Below are positions 28,018-36,886 of a stretch of 64,000 bases of DNA, piece by piece. The notes under the pieces are model-generated. The model was not told where the DNA came from, did not search any database, and saw nothing but the letters and a program-made list of their open reading frames with translations. Numbering within the stretch: position 1 is the first letter of the stretch; each line of letters opens with the position of its first letter. The stretch is from an uncultured bacterium (GTDB taxonomy: Bacteria; Fidelibacterota; UBA2242), in the NCBI GenBank assembly GCA_964576275.1, contig CAZNUN010000003.1:69848-133847 (forward strand), read 5' to 3'. Position numbers and translations under genes: made by a program.

Positions 28018-28607
28018 AAGTCTGTCTGTTCGGCGGGACATTCGACCCGCCGCACAACGGCCACCTGGCTATTGCGCGGGCTGTACGCCAGGCTTTTGAA
28101 ATCGGACGCCTGCTTTTCGTTCCGGCCAATATTTCACCCAATAAAACTGCACGCACTCACTCTGAGCCGCGCCATCGTCTGGCCATGCTGGAGCTCGCTC
28201 TGCGCGGCGAACCGGTTTGTGAAATTTCCGGGATCGAGTTGGAGCGTGGCGGCGTTTCGTATACAATTGATACAATCCGGGCTATAAAAACCCGCCTGCA
28301 GATTGACCGCAACGATCTCTATCTGCTGATCGGGGCGGATAGTCTGGTGGAATTTCATACCTGGCGCCAACCGGAGGACATTCTGGCCGAAGCGCAGGTT
28401 GTGGTCGCCCGCCGGCCGGGATTCGATCCGTCGAAAGTCCGGCCGCAATATCTCACAAATGTATCGTTTTTCGACTCGCCTCTGGTTCCGATTTCATCGT
28501 CCGGCATTCGGGAAATCGTCCGCAACGGCGGCCGAATTGAGAATCTCGTATCACCGGCGGTTGCCGAATATATCCGGACCAACGGATTGTATAAGTCGCC
28601 GGTTTAA
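28014..28607 (+). CDS. nadD: Nicotinate-nucleotide adenylyltransferase with no canonical start codon
   Basis: (I)KVCLFGGTFDPPHNGH plus later NadD motifs run from 28014. The only in-frame ATG is at 28185, downstream of the nucleotide-binding motif. The ATA at 28014 overlaps the bamD stop TAA. Confidence 0.65.
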   Translation: MKVCLFGGTFDPPHNGHLAIARAVRQAFEIGRLLFVPANISPNKTARTHSEPRHRLAMLELALRGEPVCEISGIELERGGVSYTIDTIRAIKTRLQIDRNDLYLLIGADSLVEFHTWRQPEDILAEAQVVVARRPGFDPSKVRPQYLTNVSFFDSPLVPISSSGIREIVRNGGRIENLVSPAVAEYIRTNGLYKSPV

Positions 28608-28631
28608 TATTTCGCAAGTCCGATAGACTCC

Positions 28632-29972
28632 ATGAGCGAACCGACCCTAAAACGCGAACTCAACATCTGGCATATCGTTGCCCTGATTCTCGGAACGGTC
28701 ATCGGGTCGGGAGTTTTTATAAATCTGCCGATCGTAGCCCGTGAAAGCGGCAGTCCGCTGATGGCATTGCTGGCCTGGCTGATCGGCGGAGTAATCTGGT
28801 TACCACAATTATTAATTCTGGCGGAGATGGCGACGGCTTATCCGGAGGAAGGTTTCGGCTATTTATATCTCAAGAAGGCTGGTAGCCCGGCGCTGGGATT
28901 TCTGTATGTGTGGACGGTTTTCTGGACGAGTGATACGCCTTCTATCACCATAATTGGTTTGAGCGCCGTTTCGGCTCTGTCCGTTTTCTGGCCGGCGTTA
29001 GATGGCACGATATACACCAAAATATTCGCGGCTTTAATTATCATTAGTCTGACAGCCGTGCATTACCGCAGCGTTCGCAAGGGCGGCGGCCTGCAGATTG
29101 TCCTGACAATCGCCAAACTCGCGCCGTTAGTTCTGCTGGCAATTCTCGGTGTAATTTATTTTAAAACCGATAATCTGTTACCTATCGCGAGACCTTCTGC
29201 GGCGTCGGGCGGTTTTGTAAAATTACTGACTGCCGGAGTAGCGGCCACCATCTGGTCGTACGCCGGATTTACCAATGTGCTGTATATGTCCGGTGAAATG
29301 AAAAATCCCGCCAAAGTCATTCCGCGCAGCCTGATTCTGTCGATTGCCTTTGTAACCTTGATTTATATGCTGATCGCCCTGGCGACCAATGTATTAATGC
29401 CGTTTGAAGAATTGATTGCGGCCAGTGGGAAATTCGCCAATCCATTTCTTTACCTGCCGGCGTTGGCACGCATCGCGGCCGGATTTCTGGCGATCGCCGC
29501 CTTTGTCAGCATGGTCGGGTGTATCAATGCTCTGATCATGGTACAGCCGCGCATCGAATATGCCGTTGCCAAAGATGGACTGTTTTTCAAGCCTTTTGCG
29601 CATGTTCACCCGCGTTTTAACACGCCGGATTACTCGATTCTATTTCAATCCGGACTGGCGATTGTTTTACTTTTTATAGGTGGAATCGAGACCTTGCTGG
29701 GTTATTTTACGCTGTCGTACCTATTACAAAACGGTTTAGTCTATGCCGCGATTTTCTGGTTGCGGAAACGGAACGATTACCGGCCAACATTCCGCTCGCC
29801 GCTCTGGCTGGCGATGACCATCCTGGCAATCGCCACTCAGGTTTACCTGGTTTACGGAACCTTTGTGGCCTATCCGGTCGGCGGCGCGATTTCGGCGGCG
29901 TTATTAATTGCAACCGGCTTGCCGGCCTATTATTATTTCAGACGGCAACAAAATCCGTCTATGATAGCCTAA
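28632..29972 (+). CDS. APC-superfamily amino acid permease
   Basis: A 12-TM protein with an APC-type N-terminus (NIWHIVALILGTVIGSGVF). Confidence 0.85.
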   Translation: MSEPTLKRELNIWHIVALILGTVIGSGVFINLPIVARESGSPLMALLAWLIGGVIWLPQLLILAEMATAYPEEGFGYLYLKKAGSPALGFLYVWTVFWTSDTPSITIIGLSAVSALSVFWPALDGTIYTKIFAALIIISLTAVHYRSVRKGGGLQIVLTIAKLAPLVLLAILGVIYFKTDNLLPIARPSAASGGFVKLLTAGVAATIWSYAGFTNVLYMSGEMKNPAKVIPRSLILSIAFVTLIYMLIALATNVLMPFEELIAASGKFANPFLYLPALARIAAGFLAIAAFVSMVGCINALIMVQPRIEYAVAKDGLFFKPFAHVHPRFNTPDYSILFQSGLAIVLLFIGGIETLLGYFTLSYLLQNGLVYAAIFWLRKRNDYRPTFRSPLWLAMTILAIATQVYLVYGTFVAYPVGGAISAALLIATGLPAYYYFRRQQNPSMIA

Positions 29973-30045
29973 AATTAAAAAATTCGCGGAGAGTTCCTTC
30001 CCCGTATTCATCAGTGTAAATCTGTGTGTATCTGTGGTTGAATAT

Positions 30046-31440
30046 CTACCGGCGCGGATTGCTAGATTTCATCGACAATATTCTAAGAATATCCACCGCC
30101 GAGAACATGGTCAGACGTTCGCGCGCTTCCTGTATGCCGAAATGTTTAACCTCCCGCACTTCTTTGATGAGAGGTAACATCACCGCTGCAACCAGCAGAC
30201 GGACCGCGGCGCTGACCAATAATACCAACGCCAATGCCGAGAAACGGTGATAATGAAACGGCAGTTCGGCAATTTGTCCACCGATCAGTCCGCCCAGAAA
30301 CATTCCGACGCCGTTGAAGATATTGTAATAGGCTACACAAATGGCCATCCTCTGCCGGGTCACCGCGTCATAGATGAAATTGACCGTCGTCAGGTTAAAC
30401 CCCGCCCAGGCGAATCCACTTAAGGTTTCAACCAGCATCAGATACAGGATCACCAGCCATGGCCGGCTTGTGAAAAATACAGCCAGAACCCAGAGCGCCG
30501 GGATAACGGGAATACAGAAACTGCAAATGCGCACCACCTTCAGATTCCCGTAGCGGTCGGCAAAGCGCCCCCAGGCGGGCATCAGGAGCATATTGACGAA
30601 AGGCATGGTCATGGTGATAACTGTAAATTCAAGGTAGTTGAAATGCAAATCTTTCAGCATGAAAACCGCGAAGAACGGCGCTGAAATGTAAACGGCAAAC
30701 TGCATCAGGGCTACGAAGGCCACGAATTTCCCAAAATTGCTCTGTGGTATCTTCTGAATAAATTGCCGGATCGTGAAATAATATTCTTTCTGGGGGTGGA
30801 AAGCCGGCTCGTACTGGCGTTTCAACAAGGCCGATGAAATTGCTCGTCCCAGGAATGCGATCAGAAAAATGATTACAAAACCCGCGAATGGTCGCCCGAT
30901 GCCATTGAAATATTGGAGAGTCAATCCGGCGCCCAGCATGGCGCAGATCGTCGTAAACCCGACTACCCGGTTGCGCATGCCGAAATAGGTTCCGATCTGG
31001 CGCGGGACGATGTCGCCCATCCAGGAACTCCAGGCCGGACCGACGATCCCGCCGAAAATCACCATCAAACTGTAAAAAAACATAAGACCCAGCGGAATTA
31101 ATCCGCCAGACCCATTCCCCCGGAAATACAACCAGCCCAGGAAAATGATCGGAAACCACATCGCAGTTTGCAGAAAAGTGCCGATCCACGAAATCGTCTT
31201 GCGATGAATGCCTTTGTCTAAGAGTTTCAGGGTCAGCAACTGAACGGAGGTGCCGAGCATTTGGGGCAGGGCGATCAGAATGCCGATCATCGCATTGCTC
31301 ATGCCCAGCAAAAGGGCATAGGGCGTAATGTAGCGCAGGCCGAATCCGTCGAAGAACCCAAACGCGCCGCCCTCGCGGATGCTGATCCGACTGGCCTTCT
31401 TCTTCAGATATTCGATTTTTCGCTGAGGGTCGCTGATCAT
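30046..31440 (-). CDS. MFS transporter
   Basis: 464 aa, polytopic, 12-TM MFS architecture. The antisense ORF 30629..31792 is a shadow. Confidence 0.8.
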   Translation of the reverse strand: MISDPQRKIEYLKKKASRISIREGGAFGFFDGFGLRYITPYALLLGMSNAMIGILIALPQMLGTSVQLLTLKLLDKGIHRKTISWIGTFLQTAMWFPIIFLGWLYFRGNGSGGLIPLGLMFFYSLMVIFGGIVGPAWSSWMGDIVPRQIGTYFGMRNRVVGFTTICAMLGAGLTLQYFNGIGRPFAGFVIIFLIAFLGRAISSALLKRQYEPAFHPQKEYYFTIRQFIQKIPQSNFGKFVAFVALMQFAVYISAPFFAVFMLKDLHFNYLEFTVITMTMPFVNMLLMPAWGRFADRYGNLKVVRICSFCIPVIPALWVLAVFFTSRPWLVILYLMLVETLSGFAWAGFNLTTVNFIYDAVTRQRMAICVAYYNIFNGVGMFLGGLIGGQIAELPFHYHRFSALALVLLVSAAVRLLVAAVMLPLIKEVREVKHFGIQEARERLTMFSAVDILRILSMKSSNPRR

Positions 31441-31565
31441 TAGCGGAAAATTTATTCAGCGGCTGAATTTCATCCAAGCTGATTGCAGCACGCAGGACAT
31501 TAAGTTTGTGAACGATACCTCTATAGCTTAAATTGAGGTCAATTTGAATACAAATGGAGGTAAAA

Positions 31566-32435
31566 ATGGGTTGGGTTACAATTTTAATTATCGTCGTTGT
31601 GTTTCTTTTTCTGGTCGGTATCCGCATTGTCCGGCCGACGCACCGCGGCCTGATTGAAAAGCTCGGCAAATACAATCGCTTCGCGGAACCCGGTTTCCAC
31701 TGGATCATTCCGGTCATCGAAAAAATGTACCGCATCAACATCACCGAGCAGATGGTGGACGCCGAACCGCAGGAAATCATCACCAACGACAATCTGAACG
31801 CCCGCGTGGACGCCCAGGTCTATTTCAAAGTAAAACCGGACGAGGAGAGCATTAAAAATTCCCAGTATAATGTCAATGACTATCAATGGCAGATCGTCAA
31901 TCTGGCGCGCACAACTTTGCGTAATATCATCGGTACTTTGACTCTGAAATCGGCCAACAGCGAACGCGGCAAAATCAATTCCGAGTTGCATAAGACTCTC
32001 AGGGAAGAAACCGCCAGCTGGGGTATCGAAATCGTCCGCACTGAATTGAAAGAAATCGATCCGCCCAAGGACGTTCAGGAAACCATGAATAAGGTCGTCA
32101 AGGCCGAGAACGAAAAGATCGCCGCAATTGACTTTGCGACCGCCCGCGAGACCGAAGCCGACGGCGAAAAACGCGCCAAAATCAAGGAAGCCGAAGGTAT
32201 CAAACAATCCCGCATTCTGCAGGCCGAAGGTGAAGCCGAAGCCATTCGCTTGGTCAATGAAGCCGCCGATAAGTATTTCATCGGCAACGCCCAACTCCTG
32301 CGCAAGCTGGAAACCGTGGAAAATTCGTTGCAGCATAATGCCAAAATCGTCATTCCGACCGGCTCGGAACTGGTCAATGTGGTCGGCGAGATGGCCGGCG
32401 TTCTGCCGCTGGTTAAAAAAGCCAAAGAATCCTGA
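31566..32435 (+). CDS. SPFH/band-7 (stomatin/prohibitin-like) membrane protein
   Basis: A GGAGGT RBS precedes the ATG at 31566. N-terminal TM segment, SPFH domain, and a C-terminal coiled coil rich in E, A and K. Confidence 0.85.
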   Translation: MGWVTILIIVVVFLFLVGIRIVRPTHRGLIEKLGKYNRFAEPGFHWIIPVIEKMYRINITEQMVDAEPQEIITNDNLNARVDAQVYFKVKPDEESIKNSQYNVNDYQWQIVNLARTTLRNIIGTLTLKSANSERGKINSELHKTLREETASWGIEIVRTELKEIDPPKDVQETMNKVVKAENEKIAAIDFATARETEADGEKRAKIKEAEGIKQSRILQAEGEAEAIRLVNEAADKYFIGNAQLLRKLETVENSLQHNAKIVIPTGSELVNVVGEMAGVLPLVKKAKES

Positions 32436-32489
32436 ACTTAGTCAGCCCTATTCTTAGCAGTAACCGGAGAAAAAATATCGCTTGCGCAT

Positions 32490-32510
32490 AAAAATAACAG
32501 TGTTATTTTT
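32490..32510. promoter_or_regulatory. Perfect 21-bp palindrome AAAAATAACAGTGTTATTTTT, 5 nt upstream of the sensor kinase start
   Basis: Ten-bp arms around a central G, seen directly in the sequence. Candidate operator. Confidence 0.35.
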
Positions 32511-32515
32511 AAAGG

Positions 32516-34195
32516 ATGAATTTCTCAGGTAAAGAATTTAAACTGCAACCGCGCACTGCGATTTCGGTTTTTGTTATCCTGCTTTTCCTGTTGCTGGCCT
32601 CAGCCTATCTCGAATTTCAGAATCGTAAAAAAGCCACCCTGGAATTAATGGCGCTGATGTCCGAGAATTTATCCCAGACCATTCGGCAGGCGGCCGTCAA
32701 TTCTATTCTGAGTAATGATGCCATGGAAGACAAATTGGCCAACCGTACGTTCGACGCTCTGCGCCGAATCGCCGCCAATCCTAAAACAGTACAAAAGTAT
32801 GGCAATTCAGGCGAACATCTTGCAAACGAATATGGATTGGTCGGACTAAAGGTTATCGGAAGTTCCGGTAACCTGGTGTGGGTAACACAATCGACTATTT
32901 ATGATTTTCCAGGTACCGACGAACTGGCAGAATGGTTGGCAGCTGCTGAACCGCAAACGGTTTTTGGGTTAGAGTCGGGTGTGCTGGCGGTAGGTTGGCG
33001 TCTTGCGGACGGTGGTGCTCTGATTGGCTATGCAGACGCCATGGATTTACTCGCATATCGCCGTAAAAGCGGTCTCGGAAGTTTGATAAATGGTATTTCG
33101 CAAAACAGTGCGGTGACTTATATCGCTATCCAGGATTCGCTTGGAATTTTAGCCGCCACTGCCAACGTCGAAACCCTGCCGTCCATCGCCAGCGATAGAT
33201 TTTTACAATCAGTCATGGATTCGTCCAATTTTCAATGGCGCATAAGCAGTTTTCAGGAGCGCCGGATTTTTGAGGGTATTCTGCCTTTCGATATTTTGGA
33301 TGCCTCGTACGGCTTAATCCGGATTGCTCTGGATTACAAACCGATTCAGGCTATTCAAACCGCGGCGGTTCGGCAGGGAGCGTTTCGTCTGGGAATTCTG
33401 TTGGTCATTGGATTTTTACTGGCGGCGTTTTCGATTACCACCCAAAATGTGCGTTTACTGCAGGCCGAAAAAGAGCACATCACCAGCGAAGTCTATCGCC
33501 TGCAGGACGACCTGCGACGACGTGAAAAATTAAGTGCGATGGGCGAACTGGCCGCCGGCGTCGCCCACGAAATCCGCAATCCGCTGAATGCCATTTCGAT
33601 GACTGTTCAACGCCTGGCGCGGGAATTTCCGGCGGCGGAAGGCGCCGATGAACAGTCTGAACTGATCAAAATTGTTCGGCGTGAAATCGACCGGATTAGC
33701 GCCATTATCCGCCAATTTTTAGAGTTCGCTCGCCCGGCGCCTCTCGTTAAAAAACCGGCCCTGGTTGAGGAGCTGATTGCCCAAGTCGTGGCGCTCTATA
33801 CGGCTAGGGCGGCCAGCCGGCAGGTGAAAATCGAGTGGGAAAATCACCGGTCTGTAAAAGCCTACCTCGATGCCGATAAAATCACCCAGTGTTTAGTTAA
33901 TTTACTGGAAAATGCGCTGGATGCCGTCGAAATTGGCGGAATCGTGCAAATCCGCCTTGAGACGCCCCGCCGCAAATATTTTTCCATTATTGTGGAGGAT
34001 AACGGAACCGGTATTCCGGCGGAAAACCAGAGCCGGATTTTCAACCTTTATTTCACCACCAAACCCAACGGAACCGGACTGGGACTGGCGCAGGTTTTAC
34101 AAATCGTGGGCGAACATGACGGCACGGTTGAAGTTTTCAGCGAACCCGGCCGGGGCACTCGTTTCATATTAACAATTCCATTCGGGAAGGAATAA
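32516..34195 (+). CDS. Sensor histidine kinase with a periplasmic sensor domain between two TM helices
   Basis: TM1 (residues 20-40), a periplasmic domain of roughly 250 aa, then TM2. HisKA H-box (AAGVAHEIRNPLNAI) and HATPase_c N, G1 and G2 boxes are present. Confidence 0.85.
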   Translation: MNFSGKEFKLQPRTAISVFVILLFLLLASAYLEFQNRKKATLELMALMSENLSQTIRQAAVNSILSNDAMEDKLANRTFDALRRIAANPKTVQKYGNSGEHLANEYGLVGLKVIGSSGNLVWVTQSTIYDFPGTDELAEWLAAAEPQTVFGLESGVLAVGWRLADGGALIGYADAMDLLAYRRKSGLGSLINGISQNSAVTYIAIQDSLGILAATANVETLPSIASDRFLQSVMDSSNFQWRISSFQERRIFEGILPFDILDASYGLIRIALDYKPIQAIQTAAVRQGAFRLGILLVIGFLLAAFSITTQNVRLLQAEKEHITSEVYRLQDDLRRREKLSAMGELAAGVAHEIRNPLNAISMTVQRLAREFPAAEGADEQSELIKIVRREIDRISAIIRQFLEFARPAPLVKKPALVEELIAQVVALYTARAASRQVKIEWENHRSVKAYLDADKITQCLVNLLENALDAVEIGGIVQIRLETPRRKYFSIIVEDNGTGIPAENQSRIFNLYFTTKPNGTGLGLAQVLQIVGEHDGTVEVFSEPGRGTRFILTIPFGKE

Positions 34196-34196
34196 T

Positions 34197-35543
34197 ATGT
34201 TTAATCTGAACGTGGCGGTAATCGACGATGATGCCACCCAGCGGGAACTCCTAAGCGGGTTCTTCCGCAAATTGGGTTGCACGGTGTTTGCCTGTGCTTC
34301 GGGCGAAAACTGTTTGTCGGTCATCGAAAAACAATATCTCGATGTGGTGCTGACCGATTTCCGGATGCCGGGCATGAGCGGCCACGAAATTTTAAACAAA
34401 GTCAAAGCCATCAATCCGGAAATTCAGGTAATTATCATGACGGCGTTCGGAACTATCGAGGATGCCGTGACTGCCATGCGTCAGGGAGCCTGGGATTATC
34501 TGGCCAAGCCGGTTGATCTGGATGAACTCGAACTGAAACTGCGTAAAATCGCTGAACACAATGCCCTCGTACGTGAGAACCAATTGTTAAAATCGCGAAT
34601 TGCCGAAGCCGAGCTGCCCACCGAAATTATTTTTAAAAGTAAGGCAATGGCGGAAGTACTGAATATCGTCGCCCGTGTCAGTGACAGTCAGGCCGCGGTT
34701 TTGATTCGGGGCGAGAGCGGCACCGGCAAAGAGCTGATTGCCCGGGCAATTCATCAGGCTTCGGCGCGCCGCACCAAACCTTTTGTGGCGATCAACTGCG
34801 CCGCCATTCCGGAAACCCTTTTCGAGAGTGAAATATTCGGACATGAAAAAGGAGCTTTTACCGGAGCAACCGAGCGCAATCGCGGACGGCTGGAGGCCGC
34901 GGAGGGCGGAACGCTCTTCCTGGATGAAGTCGCCGACATTCCACTCAATTTTCAGGTCAAATTACTACGGGTTTTACAGGAAAAAGAATACCAGCGCCTC
35001 GGTTCTACCCAAACTCTGCAGGCGGACGTCCGGATTGTGTCGGCGACCAATAAAAATATTCAGCAGCTGATTGAAGAGGGTAAATTCCGGGCGGATTTGT
35101 TCTTCCGGCTGAATGTCATTCCACTCGAAATTCCGCCTCTGCGTGAACGCCGCGAGGACATCGTTCCGCTGGTGCAGCATTTCATTGCGAAACATGCCCG
35201 GCTGAACAACCGTCCGATACAAAACATCTCAGCCGAAGGTCTGAATTCGCTGCTGCGCTACGATTATCCGGGCAACGTGCGCGAACTGGAAAACATTATC
35301 GAACGCGCTGTTATTCTGGCTCGCGAAACGACGCTTACGACGGCCGATTTGCCGTTGCAACCGATTGCTCAATCTGCCGTTTCACTCTCCAGGCCGCTCA
35401 ATGAACAGGTCGAAGACCTCGAACGCGAATTGATTCGCCAAGCCTTGCAACAGACCGGCAATGTGCAGATCCGCGCGGCGCAATTGCTGGGGCTTTCCGA
35501 GCGGGTTTTGCGGTATAAAATCGAAAAATATAAACTCAATTAA
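34197..35543 (+). CDS. Sigma-54-dependent response regulator (NtrC family)
   Basis: REC domain (D in [13 protein letters not shown]), AAA+ sigma-54 activation domain ([15 protein letters not shown]; GAFTGA), and a C-terminal Fis-type HTH. Confidence 0.9.
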   Translation: MFNLNVAVIDDDATQRELLSGFFRKLGCTVFACASGENCLSVIEKQYLDVVLTDFRMPGMSGHEILNKVKAINPEIQVIIMTAFGTIEDAVTAMRQGAWDYLAKPVDLDELELKLRKIAEHNALVRENQLLKSRIAEAELPTEIIFKSKAMAEVLNIVARVSDSQAAVLIRGESGTGKELIARAIHQASARRTKPFVAINCAAIPETLFESEIFGHEKGAFTGATERNRGRLEAAEGGTLFLDEVADIPLNFQVKLLRVLQEKEYQRLGSTQTLQADVRIVSATNKNIQQLIEEGKFRADLFFRLNVIPLEIPPLRERREDIVPLVQHFIAKHARLNNRPIQNISAEGLNSLLRYDYPGNVRELENIIERAVILARETTLTTADLPLQPIAQSAVSLSRPLNEQVEDLERELIRQALQQTGNVQIRAAQLLGLSERVLRYKIEKYKLN

Positions 35544-35671
35544 GATCGACATTATTGTCGAATTACCGACAAAATTGGCGAAATATTGCTTCAGCGCCTT
35601 GACCATTAAAAACACCTTTGTTATTTATTTTATCGTCGGGAAATGATAAATTGGAATATGATTATTCTCCT

Positions 35672-35688
35672 TTGGCATGGCTATTGAA
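35672..35688 (+). promoter_or_regulatory. Candidate sigma-54 (-24/-12) promoter, TGGCAT-N5-TTGAA
   Basis: TGGCATGGCTATTGAA at 35673-35687 matches TGGCAC-N5-TTGCW at 10 of 12 positions with correct spacing. It lies about 55 nt upstream of the 35742 gene and directly downstream of the NtrC-family regulator. Confidence 0.45.
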
Positions 35689-35741
35689 TTAATCGTAGCC
35701 AGAAATTTGAAATTGAGAACACAAAGACAAAGGAGAAAAAA

Positions 35742-36206
35742 ATGAAGAAACTCAATTTGATCGCATTTTTAACACTCAGCCTCTTGGTTGTTTTGGTAAC
35801 TATGCCGGTTGGTCTGAGGGCTCAGACTTCGACTAAGCAGCACGGCTCCCACTTCGTGGATACCGATGGCGACGGGTACAATGACAACGCTCCGGACGCA
35901 GACGGTGACGGGATTCCGAACGGACAGGATCAGGATTATGTACGCTCCGGTAGTGGTCGCGGAAAAGGTTTTGTGGATGCCGATGGCGACGGTTTCAACG
36001 ATAACGCTCTGGATGCTGACGGCGATGGAATTCCGAACGGACAGGACTCAGACTATCAACGCCCCGCCGACGGAACCGGTCAGAAACATATGTACGGCAA
36101 TCGCCACCAAACCCAGGCTTCTGAAAGTCAGGCGCCTGCCAATTCAAACTGCAATGACAATTCCACCCGCTCCCGAAAAGGTAATCGCGGTGCCGGCAAT
36201 AAATAA
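35742..36206 (+). CDS. Small secreted protein with tandem DxDGDG (thrombospondin type 3 / EF-hand-like) calcium-binding repeats
   Basis: Signal peptide is present. Two near-identical units of about 37 aa (FVDxDGDG[YF]NDNAxDADGDGIPNGQDxDY) are also repeated at the nucleotide level. Confidence 0.65.
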   Translation: MKKLNLIAFLTLSLLVVLVTMPVGLRAQTSTKQHGSHFVDTDGDGYNDNAPDADGDGIPNGQDQDYVRSGSGRGKGFVDADGDGFNDNALDADGDGIPNGQDSDYQRPADGTGQKHMYGNRHQTQASESQAPANSNCNDNSTRSRKGNRGAGNK

Positions 36207-36277
36207 ACAGGCTTGCCAGATGAAAACGGTCGACGGAATCTCCGTCGGCCGTTCCGGCTTTTAATGAGGAGAATGCC

Positions 36278-36886
36278 ATGAAATTAATTCCGCACTTATT
36301 GATGGTTTTTACAATTGTTGCGACGTTAGGTTTCAGCCAATCCACGCCGAATGAAGCCCGGTCGGTGCGTGGATTCATTGATGAAAATCATGATGGAATC
36401 AATGATTGGTTCCGGGATGCCAATGGTGACGGAATCAACGATATTGATCAAAAATCCTACCGGCACACATTCCGTTTTCAGGATCAAGACCGCGACGGTC
36501 GCAACGATCTTTTTATGGATGAAGACGGTGATGGGGTCAATGATCTGAATGCGAAATTTGGCGATGCTAATAAAGATGGCTGGAGTGAAAATATCATTGA
36601 CAACGACCACAATTGGATCAACGATATCACCGGTGAAATTTATACTCGTCGTAATCTGGGCGGCTCCCGCTACGGTTTTGTGCTGGAAGAATATCGGGAA
36701 AAGTTGAGCGATTTTACCGATCAGGATGGCGACGGCCAGGATGACCGGCTAGCCAAGCGTGAGGGTTTGCAGGAACAACGCATGGATCGTTTTATCGATG
36801 CGGATGGCGACGGCGTCTGTGATCAGCGCGGATTTTACCGGCATCGCAAAGGCAGCAGTAGTCGTGGCTCCGGGAGAAAACCATGA
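36278..36886 (+). CDS. Second secreted Asp-rich DxDGDG calcium-binding repeat protein
   Basis: Signal peptide is present. At least five DxDGDGxND-type loops (DANGDGINDID; DEDGDGVNDLN; DQDGDGQDD; DADGDGVCD). Confidence 0.65.
   Translation: MKLIPHLLMVFTIVATLGFSQSTPNEARSVRGFIDENHDGINDWFRDANGDGINDIDQKSYRHTFRFQDQDRDGRNDLFMDEDGDGVNDLNAKFGDANKDGWSENIIDNDHNWINDITGEIYTRRNLGGSRYGFVLEEYREKLSDFTDQDGDGQDDRLAKREGLQEQRMDRFIDADGDGVCDQRGFYRHRKGSSSRGSGRKP

Noticed and set aside
35860-36070. Tandem nucleotide repeats at 35.86-36.07 kb as a possible CRISPR or minisatellite.
   Set aside because: Only two copies. They are in frame within a signal-peptide-bearing CDS and encode calcium-binding loops. There are no spacer-like unique inserts.
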